A DNA stretch of 64,000 bases from positions 253,642,001 to 253,706,000 of the forward strand of contig OZ024743.1 in assembly GCA_964016885.1 (NCBI GenBank), written 5' to 3'. The position numbers and the translations under genes are program-made. Below, piece by piece: positions 15,553 to 27,657 of this stretch. The notes under the pieces are model-generated. The model saw only the letters and a list, made by a program, of their open reading frames with translations, was not told the origin of the DNA and searched no databases. The stretch is from Eledone cirrhosa. Lineage: Eukaryota. The number at the start of each line of letters is the position of its first letter. Position 1 is the stretch's first letter.

Positions 15553-15606
15553 CTGACGACTGAAGACAGACACAACATCTGTCTCAAGAAACCACTCGTA
15601 TATCAA
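15553..15606 (+). ncRNA. Decayed HHR-like motif
   Basis: CTGACGA-cTGAaGACAGA cacaaca TCTGTCTCAa-GAAAC-cactc-GTA; stem I pairs poorly. Confidence 0.45.
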
Positions 15607-15712
15607 ATAATTATCTTATGGTGTTTAATACAATCTCTGTAGCCTACATAGAGCACTCTATTTTCCTGTACCTTTCCGACGGAATTACATCGTACACATA
15701 TATATATATATT

Positions 15713-15933
15713 TATTTATTAAAATAACAGATTAAAGTTGAAGCAAAGAATCGCTGCTTTCACCCTTAACGGGATCTTTAGAAGATCCCGTTAAGGGTGA
15801 AAGCAGCGGTTCTTTGATTAAACTTTAATCTGTTATTTTAATAAATATTTGCACTGCGGTTCTTATATATCTGATATATATTTAGCTTTATCGAGCCATC
15901 TTTGGATTTTAGTCTTCAAATTTATTATTATAG
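15713..15933. mobile_element. Fold-back fragment of the pseudo-LTR of the PLE at 27563-30668
   Basis: 15713-15778 is inverted against 15782-15847, which matches 30603-30668; the tail 15841-15933 is the reverse complement of 27563-27657. Confidence 0.85.
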
Positions 15934-16000
<67 letters not shown>

Positions 16001-16008
<8 letters not shown>

Positions 16009-16332
16009 TGTATATATAGTGTATTTGGTAATACATTGTATGCTTAATTAAAAGCATTTTGAAGACCTTACGCAATTGTTTTAAAGTAGGGACTATGTCA
16101 CTTATTTCTTTTTTCAACAAACAAAGGGAGTGCTAAGCTCTGAGAATACCAACAGTATGAAACAGAGATCTGTCAACTTATCTCCCTTTGTTGAAAAAAG
16201 AAGTGACACAGTCACTACTTTAAAACAATAGAGTAAGGTCTTCAAAATGCTTTTAATTAAGCATACAGTGTATTACCAAATACACTATATATACATTCAT
16301 ATATACATCGCTATTTTAGAGCACCAATTCTA

Positions 16333-16335
<3 letters not shown>
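16001..16335. mobile_element. Fold-back mini-element with an HHR in the loop
   Basis: 16001-16130 is inverted against 16182-16305; ~30 bp tail; (TA)n on both sides. Confidence 0.8.
16134..16180 (+). ncRNA. Hammerhead ribozyme lacking N7
   Basis: TAAGCT-CTGAGA-ATAC caaca GTAT-GAAAC-AGA ga TCT-GTC-AACTTA. Confidence 0.65.
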
Positions 16336-16396
<61 letters not shown>

Positions 16397-16465
16397 TATG
16401 AAGAGAGAAGAAACATTTAGATATAATTAGTAATAAAATGTATCATACCTAAACTGTTCCTAAAT

Positions 16466-16553
16466 TCCTCGACTACGTAGTTTCGTGGCATAAACAAAAA
16501 CAATATATCAAAGATATAGAGTCCTTGCGAGGTCTGCCGACTTATCAAGAGGA
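16466..16553 (-). ncRNA. Type-I hammerhead ribozyme, U3-A8 variant (unit 1)
   Basis: Minus strand TCCTC-TTGATAA-GTcGGCA...TGCCAC-GAAAC-TACGTA-GTC-GAGGA. Confidence 0.8.
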
Positions 16554-17056
16554 TACCTCATTTTACTAGTCTCAAGAACGCGTCTACACGACGTGAGAAA
16601 GAATCCCAAAAGGCGGAGGGGGAGATAGTCACGTGATATAACGGTCGAGAAACAGAGCTAAGCCTCTTATAACCACGAAGAAAATACCACGGAGGCGGAG
16701 GGGGTATTCATATCGAGGCCGTAGAAGAGGTAGTGAAGAAGGCGAGAAGTATGAGTAATGGAAGCTTTCCAGTTGTCCCCACACTTCAAAGATTGCTCGA
16801 CCAGAGGGAGTTATTAATATATTTAGAAACACACAGATAAATGCGGACACACACATATATACATGAATGCATCCGCACCCAACTGTGAGTTAAGGGTGCC
16901 AACTTCACCGATGTTGCTCAATGAATGACTGGGACAGACCAATTCAGTTTGAACCAGACTGAACCAGTATCAGAGTTAAAAATACATTATGAAGAGAGAA
17001 GAAACATTTAGATATAATTAGTAATAAAATGTATCATACCTAAACTGTTCCTAAAT

Positions 17057-17144
17057 TCCTCGACTACGTAGTTTCGTGGCATAAACAAAAACAATATATC
17101 AAAGATATAGAGTCCTTGCGAGGTCTGCCGACTTATCAAGAGGA
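17057..17144 (-). ncRNA. Type-I hammerhead ribozyme, U3-A8 variant (unit 2)
   Basis: Same sequence, +591 bp. Confidence 0.8.
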
Positions 17145-17647
17145 TACCTCATTTTACTAGTCTCAAGAACGCGTCTACACGACGTGAGAAAGAATCCCAA
17201 AAGGCGGAGGGGGAGATAGTCACGTGATATAACGGTCGAGAAACAGAGCTAAGCCTCTTATAACCACGAAGAAAATACCACGGAGGCGGAGGGGGTATTC
17301 ATATCGAGGCCGTAGAAGAGGTAGTGAAGAAGGCGAGAAGTATGAGTAATGGAAGCTTTCCAGTTGTCCCCACACTTCAAAGATTGCTCGACCAGAGGGA
17401 GTTATTAATATATTTAGAAACACACAGATAAATGCGGACACACACATATATACATGAATGCATCCGCACCCAACTGTGAGTTAAGGGTGCCAACTTCACC
17501 GATGTTGCTCAATGAATGACTGGGACAGACCAATTCAGTTTGAACCAGACTGAACCAGTATCAGAGTTAAAAATACATTATGAAGAGAGAAGAAACATTT
17601 AGATATAATTAGTAATAAAATGTATCATACCTAAACTGTTCCTAAAT

Positions 17648-17735
17648 TCCTCGACTACGTAGTTTCGTGGCATAAACAAAAACAATATATCAAAGATATA
17701 GAGTCCTTGCGAGGTCTGCCGACTTATCAAGAGGA
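17648..17735 (-). ncRNA. Type-I hammerhead ribozyme, U3-A8 variant (unit 3)
   Basis: Same sequence, +1182 bp. Confidence 0.8.
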
Positions 17736-18056
17736 TACCTCATTTTACTAGTCTCAAGAACGCGTCTACACGACGTGAGAAAGAATCCCAAAAGGCGGAG
17801 TGGGAGATAGTCACGTGATATAACGGTCGAGAAACAGAGCTAAGCCTCTTATAACCACGAAGAAAATACCACGGAGGCGGAGGGGGTATTCATATCGAGG
17901 CCGTAGAAGAGGTAGTGAAGAAGGCGAGAAGTATGAGTAATGGAAGCTTTCCAGTTGTCCCCACACTTCAAAGATTGCTCGACCAGAGGGAGTTATTAAT
18001 ATATTTAGAAACACACAGATACATGCGGACACACACATATATACATGAATGCATCC

Positions 18057-18540
<484 letters not shown>

Positions 18541-18740
18541 AAAATTTCCATAATGATCTTTAATGCTTGGTGGCTATTACACCATGCAATATCCACTGAG
18601 TCAGTTAGTACAAATTATTTGTTGCCAATAAAAATGTTTACCTTTAGTTTTTCAATCATAGTTTTAAATAAAATAAAAAATCATTAGAATTTAATTTTCA
18701 AAATTCGCTGAAAATTATGTGTACTATCTCTAATGTGAAA

Positions 18741-18890
18741 GGAGGCGAATTAGCAGAATTGTTACAGCGTTGCACAGAATACTTTGCAGTATTTGTTCTG
18801 GCCCTCTGCACTCTCAGACTCTCTGTTCAAATTTGCTCTTCATTATTTTGAGGTTGATATAAAAGTACCACTCAACTACTGGGACCAATC
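18741..18890 (+). mobile_element. Degenerate tRNA-derived SINE
   Basis: A-box-like TAGCAGAATTG, B-box-like GTTCAAAT, and AAAGTACCA...CTGGG shared with the 35.3 kb copy. Confidence 0.5.
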
Positions 18891-19547
18891 CTCCATATTC
18901 ATATCTCTCTACCACTCTTTCTCTTTATCCTCCTCTTGAAGAAATCAGTTGTATTCAGACCTGGAGAGGGTTGGACTCCACCAGTTTTAAAATGCAAAGA
19001 AATATCACTATGGCACCCCCCAAACTCTATCAGAAATTATGGGTTCATACATATATCTCATAGGAGAGAAGTTGTAGCATGAAAGTTAATATAATTCTGT
19101 ACAGAATAGTATTATATAAGAAGTGTAGCTGGAAAGAAATAAAACAATCTGGTGTGGAGCCTCATTGGCATATATTTGGTCACATTCCCAGGATAGACAG
19201 AAAATCTCCTGCTAATAAAACCCAATCAATTAATTCTATACAGGTGAACTTCAGTAATTCCACAGAGAGAAGTATAACTGTCTATCAATCACTTTGTATG
19301 TATAACAACTTAACTGTAGGTGTACAATGCCTGCGTTGACTAAATAATGTACTGTTAGTTGGTGAATTGGCAGAGTTGTTAGAACCTTGCTGTATTTTAT
19401 TCCAGCTTTCTACACACTGTGTTCCAACTTTACCTAGGTCAACTTTGTAATTCTTCCTTTCAGACTTGATTAATAAAGCATGAATACTGTGTAGTGTATT
19501 GACAGAATAAATAATGCATAACATGCTTTGCATTATAATTCATTCTG

Positions 19548-19715
19548 CAATTGGTTGTGTGCTTTGCAGCATAGAGTTACGGCCCTTTACATTCTGAATT
19601 CAAATCCCACCGAGGTTAGCTTTGCCTTTCATCCTTACGACGTCGATAAAAATGCACCAGTAATTGACTTTCCCCTCACCTAAAACTGTTTACTTAAATC
19701 AGAAACCATTATTTA
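19548..19715 (+). mobile_element. tRNA-derived SINE (Octopus-type)
   Basis: TTCAAATCCC..CGAGGTTAGCTTTGCCTTTCATCCTTACG..GTCGATAAAA core; AGAAACCATTATT end. Confidence 0.8.
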
Positions 19716-19984
19716 TTCTCCCTTTCTACTCACTGAATTTGAATAACACCAAGGTCATTTGAGCCTTATACAGATTGCTTTACCGTACTTGTTCTGGCTT
19801 TCTGTGCCAATAAATTACCAGTTCAGAGCAATGGATTGGTGGAATCATAAGATCATCAGATAAATGCCTTGTGGTAGTAATTCCAGTACTCTGTTCTCTG
19901 AGTTCAAATCCCACGTTAGAGCATTGATGAGGCTTCCTAGTAATATTTGTTCTGGCTCTCATTAAATTTCACTCAGAAGGTCAA

Positions 19985-20078
19985 CCTAAAGCTACAGTAG
20001 AAGACACTTTCCCAAGCAGCTATGCAGTCAGATCTAACCAAAAAAGCATAATACTGGGAAGTGAATTTCTTAACCACA
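19985..20078 (-). mobile_element. Head of a second tRNA-derived (CORE-like) SINE
   Basis: Minus strand GTGGTTAAGAA...CTTGGGAAAGTGTCTTCTACTGTAGC. Confidence 0.55.
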
Positions 20079-20957
20079 TAAAAACACACCGTTCTAGACT
20101 ATAACACTGTAATTAACATCACACCACACAACACTACACTACATTACACAACAACACAGTCCTGCACATTACACCACACTACACCGCATCGCTCCACTCC
20201 ACACTAGACTACACCATTTAACACTACAGTGTACCACATTTCACCACATTACACCACACTAACATACTATAACAGACGTACACAGTAGGATTTTCTAAAA
20301 TCACAACAATATGATACACTACTACGCAAAAGGATAGATAGGTAGACAGCTAGAAAGAGAGAGAGGGGGTGATAAATAGAGAGAGTAAAAGAAAGAAAGA
20401 GAGAGTGAAAAAAAGAACGAGATAGATAAGTAGAGAGAGATATAGATAGTAGATATATAGATAGATATAGAGTGAAAGAGATAGAGAAATAGAGAGGCAA
20501 CAGATAATTAGGAAAGGTATTAAACTCATGACCATAAAAGTCCAATATTTAAAACTAATTATCCTCAAGGGCAGTTTATTTCATTGTCAGCTAAATAATT
20601 CAGAATTACCGTATAATTATTTAGCATTCTATATGGCAATTAATATATATCTACAGGATATTCCATATAAATCCTCTCTTACTATCTTTTTACCTATCTA
20701 TCGCAGTCTGTTTCTCTCTCTCTCACTCTCTCTCTCTCTCTCTCTCTCTCACAAATACACTCTCTATTTTTCTATATCTCTCTACAGCACTCTCTCTTTC
20801 TCTTTGTTTCTTTGTCTCTTTGTCTCTCTCTTTCTTATACTCACACACAGACATACTCTCTTTATCTCTGTCTCTCTCTCTTTATCCCACATAGTTTCTC
20901 TTTCTCTTTGACTCTCTCTTTCTTACACTCAGACATACAAACACACAGACATACCCC

Positions 20958-21065
<108 letters not shown>

Positions 21066-21687
21066 ATATATTGCTATCAGAAATCTTTCCATTTATCAAT
21101 GCCTTTATCTCAATGTAAACACAATTAATAGATATATTAAATATGCCAGAGCTACACAACAAACAATACAATTAACAATGCTTTGTTTAATTCCAACACT
21201 TTCCTGTTGTTGCTGTGGTTGTGGTTGTTTTCTAAAGAATTGTAGTTGGCCTGGAGTCATAGCATCATCAGTAGATTCAGCGCAGTAGCTAACACCACAT
21301 TCACCACTAACCACCACAACCATGAACATGATCTTCATCAACCACCCAACTAACCACCACAACCATCATCATTAACAACCACCCTAACTACCACAACCAC
21401 CACTACTCCATCACCATCATAATTGCCACTACCACCATTATCGTCAACCACCACCACTAAGCACTGCAACCAGCACCACCACTACCCCATCACTATCATC
21501 ATTGACAACACCAACATTATCATCCACAAAAACCATTACTAGCATCACCATCACCACCACCATCATCGATACCACCTCCACTACTATCACCAATCACATT
21601 ATCATCATCGTCAACTATTACCATGACCATCATCATCAACAACTATTACCACCACCATCAACATGATCCACTACTGTTCAACATTAA

Positions 21688-22005
21688 AAGAAGGTAAAGG
21701 GTAAAGACACCCTATAGTCTTAAATGACCATGGGTTTTCCTTCAAGAAGGTTCCCCTCTGAAGCACGAGCAAGGGGTTTTATGAAAAACCAGCAGTCACT
21801 CTCCCTTAAATACCAGTCTCCTCTCTTCACATCCCCAATGTTGTCCAAGGGAGAGGCAAATGTCAATACAGCTTGTCACCAGTGAGTCTGAAACTCATTT
21901 CTACAGCTGAGTGATTACTTAAGGAGGGAACACATTGGCCAGTCTGGTAATCTAACTCACAAACTTACGAATGTAAATCCAAATCTCTAACCACTAAGCC
22001 ACGTG
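21688..22005 (-). mobile_element. Third tRNA-derived SINE family
   Basis: Minus strand starts GTGGCTTAGTGGTTAG (A box), contains CACTCAGCTGTAGAAATGAGT, ends in CTTTACC repeats. Confidence 0.65.
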
Positions 22006-22492
22006 TTCAACATTACACAACAACAAACAGTCAAACAACCAACTTCCAAAAGTTGATGATAATGATCAGAGAATCTATGGTAGCAATGTTTATTATAAAG
22101 TTACAGGTAAACAAAGTCTGTGGTTAATTACAAGTGGCTGACTAATGAGTCATGATAATCAGACTATACAAAACAATGATAATAATATTAACAATGATGA
22201 AGAAGAAGAAGAAGAAGAAGAAGAAGAAGAAGAAGAAGAAGAAGAAAAGCAACAACAACAACAATAACAACAAAAAGGATGATGATAATGAGGATGAGGC
22301 ACAGGAGGAGAACAGCAACTTCAACAAGAACACAAACTACATTTAAAAAATTAATAATAATCAAGGAAAGAAAGAAGGAAAAAGTAAAAATTTTGTATGT
22401 GATGCTATAAATAGTTACCTTGTGGTCCGTCAGCAAGAAACCTCAGTTACATAGTACGCCGCCAATACCAACAACAATAATATCACCATCAC

Positions 22493-23726
22493 TACCAACA
22501 ACAATAACAAAACCAATAATACCAACAACATCAACATCCACCACTACCACTACCAACAACAATAACAAAACAAATAATACCAACAACATCAACATCCACC
22601 ACTACCACCACCAACAACAATAACAAAACCAATAATACCAACAACATCCACCACTACCACTACCAACAACAATAACAAAACCAATAATACCAACAACATC
22701 CACCACTACCACTACCAACAACAATAACAAAACCAATAATACCAACAACATCAACATCCACCACTACCACCACCAACAACAATAACAAAACCAATAATAC
22801 CAACAACATCAACATCCACCACTACCACTACCAACAACAATAACAAAACCAATAATACCAACAACATCAACATCCACCACTACCACCACCAACAACAATA
22901 ACAAAACCAATAATACCAACAACATCAACATCCACCACTACCACCACCAACAACAATAACAAAACCAATAATACCAACAACATCAACATCCACCACTACC
23001 ACCACCAACAACAATAACAAAACCAATAATACCAACAACATCAACATCCACCACTACCACCACCAACAACAATAACAAAACCAATAATACCAACAACATC
23101 AACATCCACCACTACCACCACCAACAACAATAACAAAACCAATAATACCAACAACATCAACATCCACCACTACCACCACCAACAACAATAACAAAACCAA
23201 TAATACCAACAACATCCACCACTACCACTACCAACAACAATAACAAAACCAATAATACCAACAACATCAACATCCACCACTACCACCACCAACAACAATA
23301 ACAAAACCAATAATACCAACAACATCAACATCCACCACTACCACTACCAACAACAATAACAAAACCAATAATACCAACAACATCAACATCCACCACTACC
23401 ACCACCAACAACAATAACAAAACCAATAATACCAACAACATCAACATCCACCACTACCACCACCAACAACAATAACAAAACCAATAATACCAACAACATC
23501 AACATCCACCACTACCACCACCAACAACAATAACAAAACCAATAATACCAACAACATCAACATCCACCACTACCACCACCAACAACAATAACAAAACCAA
23601 TAATACCAACAACATCCACCACTACCACTACCAACAACAATAACAAAACCAATAATACCAACAACATCAACATCCACCACTACCACCACCAACAACAATA
23701 ACAAAACCAATAATACCAACAACATC
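22493..23726. repeat. 58/52 bp minisatellite, about 21 units
   Basis: Unit ACCAACAACAATAACAAAACCAATAATACCAACAACATC(AACATC)CACCACTACCACY. Confidence 0.95.
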
Positions 23727-24499
23727 AGCAATAACATCAACGTCACTACCAACAACAACATCACCAGCACAAATGACATCAACAATAACATCAGCAATAA
23801 CAACATCAATAATACCATAAACAACACTACCACCAACATCAAAACCAACAACAGCATCAAGACCATCACTATCACCAACAACAATTAAACTACCACAAAC
23901 AACATCGCTACCAAGGCACAAACACTAATACCACCAACAACAAATTATTCAGACTCCATTCGTTATCTGGTAGTTTATTAGTTTTATTTAATTTGCATGA
24001 TTGCACATAGCTTATACACCCTGTGTGTATGTGTACAATATGACCGCTGCAACCTAATGATGTCCATCATCCCCTATACCAGTAAGTGATGTAGATCAGT
24101 GCTTGTTTTGTAGTGATGTGGCAGCATAGAGGACTGGTTTAATTCTTCCATGAGCAGTAAGGTTATAGTTAATAGGGTCAATTGTAGATTTACATTACTT
24201 AGGTTCGGGGTTGGCTTTGATTTAATCTCGATCTATTTACGTTCAAATCAATGTAACGGGCAGTCTTAGTTAAAGACATACAATACATTCTGTGATTTAT
24301 ACCCCTCCCAACTTCCGTTCTTAGCCACCCACTTATCCTCTGTGGCTATTTTCTGAAATAGCATGCACTACTGACTGCTATACCCCATTCTATTGTATAC
24401 TTTGATCACAGCTGTGGACACTACTATATACATTTCTCTCTTTTCGTTTGGACAGCATTCCATCGTATACTTCGATCACAGACCTGAATACCACCTACA

Positions 24500-24599
24500 C
24501 ACATACATACATACATACATACATACATACATACATACATACATACATACATGCATACATGCATACATACATACATACATACATACATACATACATACA

Positions 24600-24628
<29 letters not shown>
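24500..24628. repeat. (CATA)n microsatellite
   Basis: Direct reading. Confidence 0.95.
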
Positions 24629-24631
<3 letters not shown>

Positions 24632-25480
24632 GTAACTGCCTCAATACAAATCTTGAGAAGCTAGGCTTCACAGGAACAGAAGAACACAACTAGTTAGGAA
24701 ATTACAAGTACAATCCATTAATGGAGCAGTAAAAATATGTGAAACATTCCAAATATTTTGCATCTAATAACTGCATATACACATGTACAGATACAAAGCA
24801 TATACACATGCACACATACAAATCAAAATATACACATCTACACATACAATAACATCCATATCTACACATGCATGCATACATACATATCTACCTAGTTGAT
24901 GTTGTGTAAATTCCAATGAGAGAGTATTGTGTCTATGTTAGAAACCGACTTTCTCTCTATTGGTAAAACTTTGTGAAATTATAAAACCAGAAGAACATAC
25001 ATACATACATACATACATACATACATACATACATACATAGACACTCATTCATACATACAGATTGTCCACACAAGATATATATATTTTCTACGTGTATAAG
25101 AGGAAAGACTAATATTGAAATAAGATAAAAGAATATAAACATCAGACAATGGCTGATGGTTGAACAATTCTTTAGAATTAAGAATATTAACTAAGGTGTG
25201 GTTCTATTACTTCTATATTCCATCTATTCCTTTTCTTTTATGTCTCAGCTATGTTTGACAAGCTTTTAATTATTTCATATTTCAAAATGGTTTGTTGATT
25301 AAAATCATTGTTTGCTGTGATTGTGAGAATGTGTATGTGTATATATTAAAACAGTCGATCGACAAGATCCCAGACCACATTCACTTAACGAGTGGGGTAG
25401 AGATTGTCAAATCGGACTGAGGAAACAATGTTTGCATTGGTATTTCCAATTGCTAATATTATCTGCCTGTCGCAAATATG

Positions 25481-25518
<38 letters not shown>

Positions 25519-25555
25519 GTTAAAAAGATCAAATTTTAGTTTAGAACATTTATTA

Positions 25556-25600
25556 GCTGACAATTGTTTCTTCCAGAGGGAAGTCTGGATTCATCGGAGC
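25556..25600 (-). ncRNA. Hammerhead ribozyme with U4C core, in PLE pseudo-LTR fragment 25513-25680
   Basis: Minus strand GCT-CCGATGA-aTCCAG acttccct CTGGAa-GAAAC-AATT-GTC-AGC-tAATAAA. Confidence 0.7.
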
Positions 25601-26063
25601 ATAAGGAATGTCGAAACCTGTAACTAAAATCCCAGTCATTTAGAACATTTAGGGTACATATTTGTTATTAGTGTTAACACCTTGTATCTCGGCTCTGTAA
25701 TACACTTGAAAATTTGCATTGAGTCTTTTGTCATACCGGTAACCGGCTCGTACTTAGTACTATCCTACATATTTATAGTTATATCAAACATATATAAATA
25801 TAAATATTACTATATATATATGTGTATATATATATATATATAATTAAGTTAAAGATGTACATCCATATATGTATACTGAAATACTAGTATGTATATGAAT
25901 ACACACACGTATACATATGTAGGTGTACCAAGTTTTTTCACTGGTCACTTTACTGTGAGTGGCCAGCTATTCTGTATGTAAACACACAGACAAACCGGTT
26001 TTTAGAGTCATACTGGTTTTTGAGGAAACACCTCTCCTCTATTCTCCAGAAAGCCAGACAAGG

Positions 26064-26108
26064 AATATTGAACTAGTTTCGTTGTTGTTACAACTCATCA
26101 GCAATATT
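26064..26108 (-). ncRNA. Canonical minimal hammerhead ribozyme
   Basis: Reverse complement of 26660-26704. Confidence 0.9.
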
Positions 26109-26659
26109 TACCTATCTTCCGGCCTCTCTAGAGAATCGTAAAAGCACATATCATTATATGCTTTTTCTATGAAAATTAGTAGTGGGCAGACTAATTTGCA
26201 TAGAGTGTGAGTAAGTACCGGTTCAACGGAGACGATAAAAACAAATAACGAAACGAAATTAAATTTCGTTTCGTTTGTAACTCACTTTTGTATGACTGAC
26301 GCTTAAACAATTAAGTTAAAGATGTACATCCATATATGTATACTGAAATACTAGTATGTATATGAATACACACACGTATACATATGTAGGTGTACCAAGT
26401 TTTTTCACTGGTCACTTTACTGTGAGTGGCCAGCTATTCTGTATGTAAACACACAGACAAACCGGTTTTTAGAGTCATACTGGTTTTTGAGGAAACGAAA
26501 TTAAATTTCGTTTCGTTTGTTATTTGATTTTATCGTCTCCGTTGAACCGGTACTTACTCACACTCTATGCAAATTAGTCTGCCCACTACTAATTTTCATA
26601 GAAAAAGCATATAATGATATGTGCTTTTACGATTCTCTAGAGAGGCCGGAAGATAGGTA

Positions 26660-26704
26660 AATATTGCTGATGAGTTGTAACAACAACGAAACTAGTTCAA
26701 TATT
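26660..26704 (+). ncRNA. Canonical minimal hammerhead ribozyme
   Basis: AATATTG-CTGATGA-GTTGT aaca ACAAC-GAAAC-TA-GTT^CAATATT; predicted cleavage after 26697. Confidence 0.92.
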
Positions 26705-27126
26705 CCTTGTCTGGCTTTCTGGAGAATAGAGGAGAGGTGTTTCCTCAAAAACCAGTATGACTCTAAAAACCGGTTTGTCTGTGTGTTTACATACAGAATA
26801 GCTGGCCACTCACAGTAAAGTGACCAGTGAAAAAACTTGGTACACCTACATATGTATACGTGTGTGTATTCATATACATACTAGTATTTCAGTATACATA
26901 TATGGATGTACATCTTTAACTTAATTGTTTAAGCGTCAGTCATACAAAAGTGAGTTACAAACGAAACGAAATTTAATTTCGTTTCGTTATTTGTTTTTAT
27001 CGTCTCCGTTGAACCGGTACTTACTCACACTCTATGCAAATTAGTCTGCCCACTACTAATTTTCATAGAAAAAGCATATAATGATATGTGCTTTTACGAT
27101 TCTCTAGAGAGGCCGGAAGATAGGTA

Positions 27127-27171
27127 AATATTGCTGATGAGTTGTAACAACAACGAAACTAGTTCAATATT
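27127..27171 (+). ncRNA. Canonical minimal hammerhead ribozyme
   Basis: Identical, +467 bp; predicted cleavage after 27164. Confidence 0.92.
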
Positions 27172-27460
27172 CCTTGTCTGGCTTTCTGGAGAATAGAGGA
27201 GAGGTGTTTCCTCAAAAACCAGTATGACTCTAAAAACCGGTTTGTCTGTGTGTTTACATACAGAATAGCTGGCCACTCACAGTAAAGTGACCAGTGAAAA
27301 AACTTGGTACACCTACATATGTATACGTGTGTGTATTCATATACATACTAGTATTTCAGTATACATATATGGATGTACATCTTTAACTTAATTGTTTAAG
27401 CGTCAGTCATACAAAAGTGAGTTACAAACGAAACGAAATTTAATTTCGTTTCGTTATTTG

Positions 27461-27555
<95 letters not shown>

Positions 27556-27657
27556 ATATATATAGTAATAATAATAAAATTGAAGACTAAAATCCAAAGA
27601 GGGCTCGATAAGGAAAATATATATCAAATATATAAGAACCGTAGAGCAAATATTTAT

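Larger units (their letters stand above)
16391..18056 (-). mobile_element. Retrozyme-like tandem element, 591 bp unit, ~2.8 near-identical copies
   Basis: TACATTATGAAG at 16392, 16983 and 17574; one HHR per unit; (TA)n on both sides. Confidence 0.85.
25842..27467. mobile_element. Retrozyme-like tandem/inverted element, 467 bp unit
   Basis: Antisense block 25842-26519 (~1.4 units, AATTAAG at 25842 and 26309) joined to sense block 26520-27467 (~2 units); (TA)n on both sides. Confidence 0.9.

Noticed and set aside
16629-17447. Repeated 75 aa ORF in the 591 bp unit
   Set aside because: Starts within TA/TG low-complexity sequence, has no recognisable domain, and repeats only because the unit repeats.
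21105-21362. Minus-strand ORF with QPQPQQQQ
   Set aside because: Derived from CAA/CCA low-complexity sequence; no convincing splice sites or homology.
25959-27276. Repeated 60 aa ORF in the 467 bp unit
   Set aside because: GTG start, antisense to the ribozyme strand, no motif.
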